64,000 nt of DNA from an uncultured Bacteroidia bacterium (GTDB taxonomy: Bacteria; Bacteroidota; Bacteroidia; Bacteroidales; Prolixibacteraceae). Within the stretch, counting starts at the first letter, position 1. The number at the start of each line of letters is the position of its first letter. The translations under genes and the position numbers were made by a program. The DNA is taken from NCBI GenBank assembly GCA_963810555.1, contig CAWENX010000022.1, positions 54,929-118,928 on the forward strand. The letters are read 5' to 3'. A model generated the notes under the pieces. That model was given only the letters and a program-made list of their open reading frames with translations. It was not told the DNA's origin and searched no databases. This document shows, piece after piece, positions 15,561-24,627 of the stretch.

Positions 15561-15604
15561 CCGTTAGCTAATCCCGCATATGCGGGAGACGGCAAAGGAT
15601 AAAC
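15561..15604. repeat. Repeat module X (contains the perfect 14-bp palindrome CCCGCATATGCGGG)
   Basis: CCGTTAGCTAATCCCGCATATGCGGGAGACGGCAAAGGATAAAC is the reverse complement of 21615-21648. It produces the spurious 'MRETAKDK' ORF starts at both loci. Confidence 0.85.
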
Positions 15605-15625
15605 AGAAATTTGCTAATAAATATA

Positions 15626-17431
15626 ATGACAATAACTTACATACGATTCTCCGGTCTCCGTTCTTCGGTCTCCGTTTTACCTATCCTGATAATTTTTGTT
15701 TTAGGATCCGGTTTATTCAGTTCATGCAAGGTTTCCAGAAATATTTCTCCAAAAGTCGCTGTATCTCCGCCGGATACCACTCAAGAAATAAAGAATAATG
15801 ATAAAAGTAACGAATTTGAATATTTATTCGTGGAAGGAATCAAACAGCGAACTTTAGGTAATCCGGACCAAGCTCTTAAAATTTTCTCCCACTGTCTCGA
15901 ATTGGAGCCTAACTCTTCAGCAGCGTTATTTGAAATGGCCAATATACATGTTTCGAAAGGTGATTTTCAAAGCTCAATGCTGATGTGTGAGAAAGCTGTG
16001 TCAATAAGTCCTGACAATAAGTATTATCATGAACTGTTATTAAAAATATATATGCAGAATAAGCTTTTTGTTAAGGCTGCAAATGAATACGGCTCACTGA
16101 TAAGATTGTATCCCGATAATCAGGAATATAAATTTCAGCAGGCTGTAACTCTTACAATGGGAGGTAAACTTACAGAGGCCCTTGATATTTACAATAAACT
16201 TGAGCAGAAATATGGCGTCACCGAAGCTATATCAGTAGGCAAACAGCAATTGTATCTTAAACAGGGGAATAAGCAAGCTGCTTATAACGAAATTGAAAAA
16301 CTCATTAAACTTTATCCTGAAGAACCAAAATATTATGGTTTGATGGCAGATATGTACCTTGCGGATAAAAACAGGGAGAAAGCACTTGAATATTACAATA
16401 AAATACTGAAGATAGATCCTGATGAAGGATTTGTACATCTTTCACTGGCCAATTTTTATATGGAAAGCAAAGATTTCCCAAAAGCATATGAACATATAAA
16501 ACTGGCTTTTAAAAATTCACAACTCGACTTTGAAACAAAGGCTCAAATGTTTCTTTTAATCTCCCAATCCGACGAATTAAAAATTACAGATGAGCAGGAA
16601 CTCGAACTTATTAAAATACTCATCAACACCCATCCTGATGATGAAAGACCAAGAACATTGCTGGTGGATTATCTGATTAATCATAAAAAGACCGAAGAAG
16701 CAAGAAATCAAATGAATCTCGTTTTGGATATGAGGAAAGACAATTATCCATATTGGGAGAAACTGTTACTTATCGACAACGAGCTACAAGATTGGAAGAC
16801 AATATGTCAGGATAGCAAAACTGCTCTGACTTATTTCCCCAATGAACCGGTAATTTATATTTTTAATGCTTTGGGACTTCTTCAATTAAAAAAATATGAT
16901 GAAATACTCACCCTTCTTGATTCAGGGGAAGTCAAGGCAAAAAAAGATCCAAAAGTACTTTCCCAATTGTATACTTACAGGGCAGAAGCCTATTATAACC
17001 TGAAAAAATTTAAAGAAGCTTTTCAGACTTTTGACAAAATAGTCCATATTGATCCCCAAAATTATATGGCAATGAATAATTATGCCTACTATCTTTCATT
17101 ACGAAATGAAAATCTTGATGAAGCAGAGAAATTAAGCGGCAAGGTCATCCAGGCTAATCCGGAAAATTCCACTTATCTTGATACATATGCCTGGGTACTT
17201 TTCAAGATGAAGGATTATAAAATGGCAAGATTTTACATGGAATCAGCAATTTCTAAAAATACAGAACAAAATCCTGTTCTTGTTGAGCATTACGGGGACA
17301 TTCTCTTTTTTCTTGACGAAAAACAAAATGCAATGGGTCAATGGGAAAAATCGCTGAAAATGGGAAATGACTCAAAAGTACTGAAGCAAAAAATTGCAAA
17401 GGGGGTCTATATCGAAACCGAAGAATATTGA
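15626..17431 (+). CDS. Tetratricopeptide-repeat lipoprotein
   Basis: Signal peptide plus lipobox (LFSSC), followed by many TPR-like 34-aa repeats. It occupies the conserved Bacteroidota position between dut and DUF4292. Confidence 0.8.
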   Translation: MTITYIRFSGLRSSVSVLPILIIFVLGSGLFSSCKVSRNISPKVAVSPPDTTQEIKNNDKSNEFEYLFVEGIKQRTLGNPDQALKIFSHCLELEPNSSAALFEMANIHVSKGDFQSSMLMCEKAVSISPDNKYYHELLLKIYMQNKLFVKAANEYGSLIRLYPDNQEYKFQQAVTLTMGGKLTEALDIYNKLEQKYGVTEAISVGKQQLYLKQGNKQAAYNEIEKLIKLYPEEPKYYGLMADMYLADKNREKALEYYNKILKIDPDEGFVHLSLANFYMESKDFPKAYEHIKLAFKNSQLDFETKAQMFLLISQSDELKITDEQELELIKILINTHPDDERPRTLLVDYLINHKKTEEARNQMNLVLDMRKDNYPYWEKLLLIDNELQDWKTICQDSKTALTYFPNEPVIYIFNALGLLQLKKYDEILTLLDSGEVKAKKDPKVLSQLYTYRAEAYYNLKKFKEAFQTFDKIVHIDPQNYMAMNNYAYYLSLRNENLDEAEKLSGKVIQANPENSTYLDTYAWVLFKMKDYKMARFYMESAISKNTEQNPVLVEHYGDILFFLDEKQNAMGQWEKSLKMGNDSKVLKQKIAKGVYIETEEY

Positions 17432-17436
17432 AGAAA

Positions 17437-17600
17437 GTGATCAGTAAACAGTAATCAGTGAAAGTGAACAGTGCTTTGTGCTATAAAGAATCATGAATCA
17501 CGAATCACGAATTATGAGTTATGAATTAGACTATTAGCTAATCAGGCTTTAATTTTTACTGTTTACCATTTACTGTTCACTGATTACTGATTACTGAATT
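17437..17600. repeat. Stutter palindrome (CAGTAAAC/CAGTGAA arms)
   Basis: GTGATCAGTAAACAGTAATCAGTGAAAGTGAACAGTG (17437-17473) is complementary to TACTGTTTACCATTTACTGTTCACTGATTACTGATTACTG (17556-17600). The centre holds a GAATCACGAATCACGAATTATGAGTTATGAATT stutter. Confidence 0.85.
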
Positions 17601-17615
17601 TATGATTACTGATTT

Positions 17616-18491
17616 ATGAAGCGGTTCATTATTTTTATTTCCTGGATAATCCTTACAGTATTATTTATTGAAAGCTGTAAACAAGCCCAGATGGTTGTTG
17701 CTCCAAAAAAAATCAGACATCTAAGTGTAGGAAGAGTAACCCGTTTAGTCAGGGAAAATGCATTGAGATTTGAGACTTTAACCATCAGAAAGGCAAGCAT
17801 TGAACTAAATAATAATGGAAAGGCCTCTTCTTTCAGAGCTGCCCTTAAAATTCGCCGTGACAGTATTATCCAGGTTTCTGCCCAAAAGATATCGATCCCT
17901 GTTGGAAAAATTGAACTTAATACTGATTCTTTCAGGATGGTCGATTATATGAATAAAGAAAATATCTATGGTTCATTGGATTACATCAGTAATCTGATCG
18001 GCATGGATATTGATTATAACATTCTTCAGTCAATTCTGACCGATCAGATTTTTTCACTGCATCAGGATACTAAAGAGAATGATTTTAAGGATTTTATTTG
18101 TCAAATAGAAGATGATCTTTACAAAATAACTACAATACGCGACCGCAAATTGAGAAAACTTACAAGAAATGAAAGCCGGTTCGAACGCTATCGAAACAGG
18201 AAAGAAGATGAAACTCTTATAAAACAGGATATTTATATAGATCCGGATAGCTTTGTTGTACGCAAATTAGTTTTGGATGATATGGCTTCCAATCGCTTAG
18301 CTCAATTTGAATATTCAAAATTCGAGAAAGTTGATAACCAATGGTTTCCCGGAATGATCACTATGCATTTCCAGGGTGATAAGAATATGTATCTTTCAAT
18401 GGAATTTTCCAGAATAAGTCTGAACGATGAAAACAATTTCGGATTCTCCATTGCTCCAAAATACAAAAAAATAGTACTCAGTGATGAGTGA
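17616..18491 (+). CDS. DUF4292-like lipoprotein
   Basis: Lipobox FIESC and a 291-aa protein, in the conserved position between the TPR protein and the M23 peptidase. The family name is recalled from synteny, not searched. Confidence 0.6.
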   Translation: MKRFIIFISWIILTVLFIESCKQAQMVVAPKKIRHLSVGRVTRLVRENALRFETLTIRKASIELNNNGKASSFRAALKIRRDSIIQVSAQKISIPVGKIELNTDSFRMVDYMNKENIYGSLDYISNLIGMDIDYNILQSILTDQIFSLHQDTKENDFKDFICQIEDDLYKITTIRDRKLRKLTRNESRFERYRNRKEDETLIKQDIYIDPDSFVVRKLVLDDMASNRLAQFEYSKFEKVDNQWFPGMITMHFQGDKNMYLSMEFSRISLNDENNFGFSIAPKYKKIVLSDE

Positions 18492-18498
18492 ATACTTA

Positions 18499-18533
18499 TT
18501 TATCCTTTGCAATCAGCTTTAGCTGACGGAACA
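18499..18533. repeat. Repeat module Y (hairpin GTCAGCT-TT-AGCTGAC)
   Basis: TTTATCCTTTGCAATCAGCTTTAGCTGACGGAACA is near-identical to 21649-21683. It begins 8 nt after the stop codon. Confidence 0.85.
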
Positions 18534-18693
18534 AAAATGCAGGATAAATAAACATCCGGGTGATTGAAGATTAAAATATGAAAGAACAAAAAAATAAAGT
18601 TCAATATTGAAATTTAAATTTATGAGAAACTTTTAAACAAATTTTTTCATCTTATTACAGATTATTGATTACTTTTCACTGATTACTGTTGTA

Positions 18694-18716
18694 CAGACGT
18701 GGCCCGCCGCGTCTCT
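18694..18716. repeat. GC hairpin family copy H3 (intergenic)
   Basis: CAGACGTGGCCCGCCGCGTCTCT, embedded in a GATTACTG stutter tract (18650-18755). Confidence 0.7.
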
Positions 18717-18758
18717 ATTGATTGCTGATTACTGATAACAGACTACTGATAACTTGTC

Positions 18759-19961
18759 ATGTCCAAAATTTTTTATATTATAATAATTCTGTCACTCACT
18801 TCTTTGGAATTATCAGGTCAATCACTGAGTGAATTACGCAAACAAAAGGATAATACTACAGCTGAAATTGAATATATCGACAAACTTCTTAAAGAAACAA
18901 ATGCAAGTGCCAAATCATCATTTAGCACATTGGCTATATTAGAAAATAAAATCAGACTTCAAACTCAGCTAATTGAAAATATCAACGTTGAAATCGATTT
19001 ACTGGATGAAGCCGCTTATTTAAGCTCCCAAAAGGTTGATTCACTCAAGGCAGAACTGCAATCCGTTAAAGATAAATATGCTGGCATGATCCGTTACGCA
19101 CAAAGAAACCAGGATATCAATAATCAATTGTTCTTTCTTCTTTCTTCCGATAATTTTAACCAGGCATATAAACGTTTTGCTTATTTAAGACAATATGCGT
19201 ATTACAGGAGAAAGAAGGCAGAACAAATTGCCGAATTGAAGGATTCTCTTAGCAAACAGATCAGAGATTTAAATAATCGTAAAGCAGAAAAACAGAATCT
19301 GCTGTCTTCTAAAATAAAACAATCACAAGAGATAGAACAACAAAAGGTTAAACAAAAAGAATTTTATGCAGAACTTCAGCAAAAGGAGAAAGACCTTAAA
19401 AGGAAACTTGAAATTCAGCGTAAACAGGAAGCCCGCCTTCAAAGAGAAATAGAACGTGTCATTGCCGAAGAAGCCAAAAAAGCTGCAAAAAAATCCGCCG
19501 CAGGACCCGGAATGCCTTTGAGCAATGAAGAAAAAGCCCTTTCAGCAGATTTTTCAGATAATAAAGGAAGATTTCCATGGCCGGTCCAGCGTGGAGTGAT
19601 AACCGATCACTTTGGAGAACATCCGCATCCTGTATTAAAGCACGTAATGATGCGAAATTCCGGAATTGATATTTCAACCCAAAGCAGTGAAAAAGCAAGA
19701 GCTATATTTAAAGGAGAAGTCAGTAAAGTAATTGCTATTCCGGGAGGTAACCTTGCTGTGATTATCCGACATGGCAATTATCTGACTGTTTATTCAAATC
19801 TCAGCGAGGTCTATGTAAAAGCAGGCCAAAAAGTTGATACAAATGAAAACATCGGGAAGATTTTTACTGACAAGGATGAGAACAATAAAACCGTCCTGAA
19901 ATTCCAACTGTGGCACGAAAGTACCAAACTCAATCCTGAAGATTGGATTCAAAGTCAATAA
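18759..19961 (+). CDS. M23 family metallopeptidase with N-terminal coiled coil (EnvC-like murein hydrolase activator)
   Basis: A long coiled-coil Q/K/E-rich N-terminal half. The C-terminal LytM-type domain carries GIDI, HGNYLTVYSNL and LWHE. Confidence 0.85.
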   Translation: MSKIFYIIIILSLTSLELSGQSLSELRKQKDNTTAEIEYIDKLLKETNASAKSSFSTLAILENKIRLQTQLIENINVEIDLLDEAAYLSSQKVDSLKAELQSVKDKYAGMIRYAQRNQDINNQLFFLLSSDNFNQAYKRFAYLRQYAYYRRKKAEQIAELKDSLSKQIRDLNNRKAEKQNLLSSKIKQSQEIEQQKVKQKEFYAELQQKEKDLKRKLEIQRKQEARLQREIERVIAEEAKKAAKKSAAGPGMPLSNEEKALSADFSDNKGRFPWPVQRGVITDHFGEHPHPVLKHVMMRNSGIDISTQSSEKARAIFKGEVSKVIAIPGGNLAVIIRHGNYLTVYSNLSEVYVKAGQKVDTNENIGKIFTDKDENNKTVLKFQLWHESTKLNPEDWIQSQ

Positions 19962-20006
19962 GGTTATCAGTAAGAGGCTAAAGACTAAAGGCTATAGACT
20001 GTAGAA

Positions 20007-20160
20007 TAAGAAAACCTTATTCATTTTGTCTCAACCTTAGTAACACGGAAATACCCACACAAACCGAACCTTATTCGCTTATTAATGAGGTAATAAGAAT
20101 AATATTTTCGGGGATAACATTTTTTCTGCTTAAATTAAAAATCAAGATAAGGTTTTAAAA
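20007..20160. repeat. Imperfect-palindromic intergenic repeat of about 160 nt (copy 2)
   Basis: Aligns end to end with 5135-5291 at about 85% identity. It is flanked by GGCTAAAG / CTGCAGCC / TTCTTTAATTC stutter tracts (19975-20006 and 20185-20300). Confidence 0.85.
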
Positions 20161-20362
20161 CCGTGCCTTTCGAACCCTTTTTGCTACAATCTGCAGCCTG
20201 CAGCCTTATTTCTTCATTCTTTAATTCTTTAATTCTTCAATTTCCTCCAGCCTGCAGCCATTAGCCTTTAGCCTTTTTTCACTGATTACCTGATTACTTA
20301 TCACATATTTTGTTGCCAAACGAAATTTTTTTCGTAAATTAATATATTAAAATCTTAAAAAG

Positions 20363-21590
20363 ATGAGTATGACTTTAAATGATAAAATTCATGAATTTAT
20401 CCTGAAAGGAATAAATGAAACCCCCTTCGAACCCAAACCAGACCCTTTCTGGCAAAACCTGAAAGAAACAGGTACTGAGCTGTGGCTGGACACGGGAGAT
20501 ATTGAAGAAGCAAAAAAAATCTGGTCTGCCGAGATGACGGCTCTTACAACAAATAACACTTTGCTTAACAAGGAAATACAAAAAGGTATTTATGATTTTT
20601 TTATCAGGGAGGCTCACAAAATTGTAAAACAACTCCCACTTAATGAGCAGGTAATCGAAATAGCTTTTATTCTCAATGCACGGCACGGCCTTAGATTGGC
20701 AAAAATATTCGGCGGATCTGTGAGCGTAGAACTTCATACTGACACCGCAAATGACTTTGATGCCATTGTTGATTATGGTAAACGTTATTTTAACATCTCT
20801 CCGGAACACTTTTTGGTAAAAGTCCCTTATACGGCAACCGGTTTGCTGGGTGCAAGGAAATTACGTCAGCTTGGAGTCAGGATCAACCTTACCCTCGAAT
20901 TCAGTGCAAGGCAGAATGTTATGGTCTGCTGCAATTTCTCAGCCTAACTATTTAAATGTTTTCCTTGGGCGTCTGGGTGCCTATGTTAAAGACAATAAGC
21001 TCGGTGAACCCGAAGGTGTGGGTGAAAGAGCCGTTCTCTCTTCTCAAAAATGGGTCAGGGAATTAACATCTGAAAATAAGGAACCTTCGAAACTCATCGC
21101 AGCCAGTTTAAGAAATGCTCAACAATTGGAAAATCTGGCCGGAGTCAACGTATTTACCATGCCCGTTAAGGTCGCAGAGGAAGGAAAATCTAAATTAAGC
21201 GGAAAATTCAAATCAGCACTTAATAACATTTATCCGGTAAACTTTAATGATTCTGCCAAAGGAATAAATCTTGAAAAATTATGGGAAGTAACTCCCGGAG
21301 AAGTGTCTCTTGCAAAAAATCTTGCGGCGAATCTGCCCAAAAACGGTGATGAACTGATCAGACAAGCCCGCGATGCCGGATATGGAGATATGTTCCCCGC
21401 TTTAAGCCAACAGGACTATCAAACCATTTGGGATGATGGCAAGATCCCGAAGCATGAAAAATGGGATGAACGTATAAGAAAAGGTGAACTGGCAGTCGAT
21501 ACACTTCTGAATCTTGCAGGACTTGCAAGTTTTGCAGCCGATCAGGCCCAATTGGACGAAAGAATAAAAAAAGTAATCAGTAATCAGTGA
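20363..21590 (+). pseudogene. Transaldolase-family gene (long form) with a single +1 frameshift
   Basis: ELWLDTGD...TTNNTL...LVKVPYT..GL.....L...G..INLTLEFSARQNVMV in frame 2 continues as AAISQPNYLNVFLGRLGAYV in frame 3. An apparent extra T lies at about 20927 (ATG GTC T GCT GCA). Confidence 0.75.
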
Positions 21591-21614
21591 ATAGCAGAAA
21601 GTAATTGGCGATTT

Positions 21615-21683
21615 GTCCTTTGCCGTCTCCCTCATATGCGGGATTAGCTTTATCCTTTGCCGTCAGCTTTAGCTGACGGAACA
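21615..21683. repeat. Repeat modules X (reverse orientation) and Y in tandem
   Basis: GTCCTTTGCCGTCTCCCTCATATGCGGGATTAGC is followed by TTTATCCTTTGCCGTCAGCTTTAGCTGACGGAACA. The pair begins about 25 nt after the stop codon. Confidence 0.85.
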
Positions 21684-21803
21684 CTAATCACTCTTCATTG
21701 GCTACAGCTTATAGCCTATCGTCTATAACCTGTTCTCACTGTTCACTTTTTTCATCTCTCCGGTTAAATATAAATTGATTCTGTACAAATGCACATATTT
21801 AAA

Positions 21804-21811
21804 TATATTTG
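21804..21811 (+). promoter_or_regulatory. Candidate Bacteroidota -7 promoter box (TAnnTTTG)
   Basis: TATATTTG lies 69 nt upstream of the ATG at 21880. No clean -33 TTTG was seen. Confidence 0.3.
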
Positions 21812-21879
21812 CAAAGAGAAAACAGTCTGTAATCTAAAAAACCGTTTATTATTTACTGATTACTGGCTTTCGAATAAAT

Positions 21880-22965
21880 ATGGCTTTACAGAAAATATTT
21901 TCAAGTGAAATCAATCCTGCACGAGAAGGTATAAACAAATTTTCGGGTCTTGTCTGGTTTAAACCTGTCGCATTTATCATTGCAGCCGGATTATGGAGCT
22001 TTCTTTACTATTATAAGGAACAAGCATCGAATTTTATCATTTACAACTGGCTTCTCCTGCCCTATGAATCGAAATTTTCTGATTCGGTATGGTTCTTTTT
22101 TGATGTTGCGCAAAAGATATTTCTCCTTCTTATTCTTGTTATTTTTCTTGCCGGAATTGCCAGATCCTTTTTCTCTCCTGAAAAGACGCGCAAAAAACTG
22201 GAAGGAAAACCCCTTTTGGCAGGGAATGTACTTGCCGGATTACTGGGCATTGCAACCCCTTTTTGCTCCTGTTCAGCTATCCCGCTGTTTATAGGTTTCG
22301 TTGAAGCAGGTATACCGGTGGGCGTCACTTTCTCCTTCCTGATAGCTTCCCCAATGATCAATGAAGTGGCCGTCGTGATGCTTTTCAGCTTGTTTGGTTG
22401 GAAAGTAGGTATGATTTACATTCTTTCCGGATTGTCTATCGCCGTATTTTCAGGGTGGATTATTGGTAAACTCAAACTTCAAAGATGGATTCAGGATTGG
22501 GTTCTTAATTCAAATTCGGGGAATAACCTGTCAGAAAAACGAAAAACCGGTTTTGATGAAAGAATTTCTGCCGGAATTAATGCAGTAAAAGATATTCTTT
22601 CAAAAATCTGGATATATGTCCTTGCCGGTATCGCTGTGGGAGCATTGATTCATGGATACGTTCCCCAGGATTACTTCGCATCTGTTCTGAGTAAATCAGA
22701 ATGGTATTCCGTTCCTTTATCTGTCCTCACAGGGATTCCCCTTTACTCCTGCTCCGCAGGAGCTGTTCCGATCGCTTACACTTTAATAGAAAAAGGTGTT
22801 CCCCTTGGCACAGCGCTTGCATTTATGATGGCAATTATTGGAGTATCTCTTCCCGAGCTCATCATCCTGAAAAAAGTTTTGAAAATCCAGTTTATCCTCA
22901 CCTTTGTAGCTATTTTAATAACCGGGATTCTGATAGTGGGATACCTTTTCAATTTTCTGCTGTAA
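21880..22965 (+). CDS. Permease of the UPF0718/ArsP-like family
   Basis: A polytopic membrane protein with the signature ATPFCSCSAIPLFIGF..AG.P.GV.FSFL.ASP.INE. Confidence 0.75.
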   Translation: MALQKIFSSEINPAREGINKFSGLVWFKPVAFIIAAGLWSFLYYYKEQASNFIIYNWLLLPYESKFSDSVWFFFDVAQKIFLLLILVIFLAGIARSFFSPEKTRKKLEGKPLLAGNVLAGLLGIATPFCSCSAIPLFIGFVEAGIPVGVTFSFLIASPMINEVAVVMLFSLFGWKVGMIYILSGLSIAVFSGWIIGKLKLQRWIQDWVLNSNSGNNLSEKRKTGFDERISAGINAVKDILSKIWIYVLAGIAVGALIHGYVPQDYFASVLSKSEWYSVPLSVLTGIPLYSCSAGAVPIAYTLIEKGVPLGTALAFMMAIIGVSLPELIILKKVLKIQFILTFVAILITGILIVGYLFNFLL

Positions 22966-23257
22966 AGAAAATCAGGAGAAGTTACAATCCCATTTAAAGT
23001 TAAGCGATATTGACTTACCAATATCTTGGAATTTAATGTGCTATGCTGATGAGAAAAAATCCTATAAGTTATAAATCTACTGAAAAATGTTGCGTTTCTT
23101 CACCATCAGGCAAGTCTTTTAATCCAGGCAGATGATTTAATTGAATTGATCCTTCAATTGATAATTCATAAAAATCGATCAGGGTTAAAATACGCAATGA
23201 ATAACCATAATACAGCTTTGTCAATTTTTTTTCTCATAGCAAGACTGTACCATGATA

Positions 23258-23378
23258 CTACCATCTCCCTATTTATTGTACACTGACTTTACAATGTCTG
23301 TATAATTGCTGTACAATTTTAGTACAGTCAGTGTACAAACAGTGTACAGACAGTGTACAGACAACCCTGAGATGGTAG
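23258..23378. repeat. Large palindromic element with a GTACA-rich stutter core
   Basis: The outer stem is CTACCATCTC (23258-23267) with GAGATGGTAG (23369-23378). Inside, TTGTACACTGAC pairs with GTCAGTGTACAA, and (CAGTGTACAGA) occurs as tandem units at 23328-23362. Confidence 0.8.
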
Positions 23379-23715
23379 GGTCCTGATACGGTTAAGGAAA
23401 CAGGAAATCATTGCCTGATCAAACCAGGCTGATGATCCGGTAAAGGGTGGAATAAAGGGGTCAACACTTCTAAGAACAAGTATGATATTTTGATTAAATG
23501 ATATTGCTTTCATGGGAAATCAATCTTTAAGAGAATAAGGGTTTCAGAGAAGCAAATTTCAATATTATATTATTGAAACCCTGTAATAACCGAACTTTTT
23601 TCTTAATTCCTATTTATGCATTAATTTTATATAATAACTATACAATTTTTTAGATTTTAATAATACTTTTATCTTAAAAATTCATGATTTTATATGGATT
23701 ATAATTTAATAAATA

Positions 23716-23723
23716 TATATTTG
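23716..23723 (+). promoter_or_regulatory. Candidate Bacteroidota -7 promoter box (TAnnTTTG)
   Basis: TATATTTG lies 23 nt upstream of the PadR ATG at 23746. Confidence 0.4.
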
Positions 23724-23745
23724 TCAAAAATTAAAACGGGTTACT

Positions 23746-24078
23746 ATGCAAAGGATTTCAAAGGATTTGGTTGGCGCTTCTGTATCTACTGTAATTCTTT
23801 CTGTATTGAACCAGGGAGACAGTTATGGTTATGAAATGATTCAGAAAGTAAAGGAATTTACCAACGGAGAGGTTGAATGGCATGAAGTAGGAATTTATCC
23901 TGTATTGAAAAAATTAGAAAACGAAGGAATGATCAGGTCGTACTGGAAAATGCTGGAGGGAGAACGTCCCAGAAAATATTATACCATACAGGAGCCTGGT
24001 AAGCAACAACTTGAGGACAATAAATATGAATGGAGCCTTGTGGAAAAGCTTTATAAAAAGCTTTGGAGCCTTTCATAA
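23746..24078 (+). CDS. PadR family transcriptional regulator
   Basis: ILSVL..GDSYGYEMIQ.V........W....IYPVLKKLE.EG.I.SYW.......RKYY.I...G fits the family. Confidence 0.9.
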   Translation: MQRISKDLVGASVSTVILSVLNQGDSYGYEMIQKVKEFTNGEVEWHEVGIYPVLKKLENEGMIRSYWKMLEGERPRKYYTIQEPGKQQLEDNKYEWSLVEKLYKKLWSLS

Positions 24079-24193
24079 AACCAGCCGGTGAACAAAAATC
24101 AGCGATCAATATCTACTGATTACTGTTTATTGGCAAATAGCCAAAAAAATTTTTATTTTTACCCAATTAAACCGATTTGGTAATCTTTGTGGC

Positions 24194-24508
24194 ATGAAAA
24201 TTTTTGCCCTGTTTTTGAGTACCTATATTTTGTTCCTGATAACTTTACCATGTAAAGATGGGGATAATTGTGCTAACGATTTACATACAGGGCCAATCAG
24301 CCAAAATCATAATTCTGATATCCCTGATCATGCTGATGGTTGTTCTCCGTTTTGTGTTTGTTCCTGTTGCAATGTGACGGTTGTTGTGAACTCCTTTCAT
24401 TTTGACAGTACCCCCTTTGAAATTCCTTATCAGGCAAATATTCCTCTTAAACAGGATTTTATTTCAAATTATATCCCTCACTTCTGGCAGCCGCCAAAAA
24501 TAGGTTAA
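24194..24508 (+). CDS. Small membrane-anchored Cys/His-rich protein (DUF6660-like from memory)
   Basis: An N-terminal TM segment ending in LPC.D, then HADGCSPFCVCSCC, and a C-terminal FWQPPK. It sits immediately upstream of czcA. Confidence 0.6.
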   Translation: MKIFALFLSTYILFLITLPCKDGDNCANDLHTGPISQNHNSDIPDHADGCSPFCVCSCCNVTVVVNSFHFDSTPFEIPYQANIPLKQDFISNYIPHFWQPPKIG

Positions 24509-24627
24509 CACCTCTTGTAATTAAAGAATGAAGGAATTAAAGAATAATATTCTTTAATTTTTAATTCCTTAATTATTTATCATTTTTTCATTTTTCTCAT
24601 TGTGTGTTAACTTAATTATCTTTCCTG

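Noticed and set aside
15580-15798. ORFs beginning MRETAKDK at 15580(+) and 21635(-).
   Set aside because: The identical N-termini come from repeat module X (ATGCGGGAGACGGCAAAGGATAAA). The first overlaps the TPR gene start and the second is antisense to the tal-like gene's 3' end.
20375-20809. A 144-aa minus-strand ORF within the transaldolase-like gene.
   Set aside because: It is antisense to clearly recognisable transaldolase-family sequence.
20921-20933. Programmed ribosomal frameshifting as an explanation for the tal-like split and the other split genes.
   Set aside because: No slippery X_XXY_YYZ heptamer, poly-A/T tract or obvious downstream structure was seen at any junction. Indels or sequencing errors are the simpler explanation.
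23328-23513. A 61-aa minus-strand ORF in the 780-bp gap.
   Set aside because: Its C-terminal part translates the GTACA stutter repeat. It has no start context or motif, so the region was kept as non-coding.
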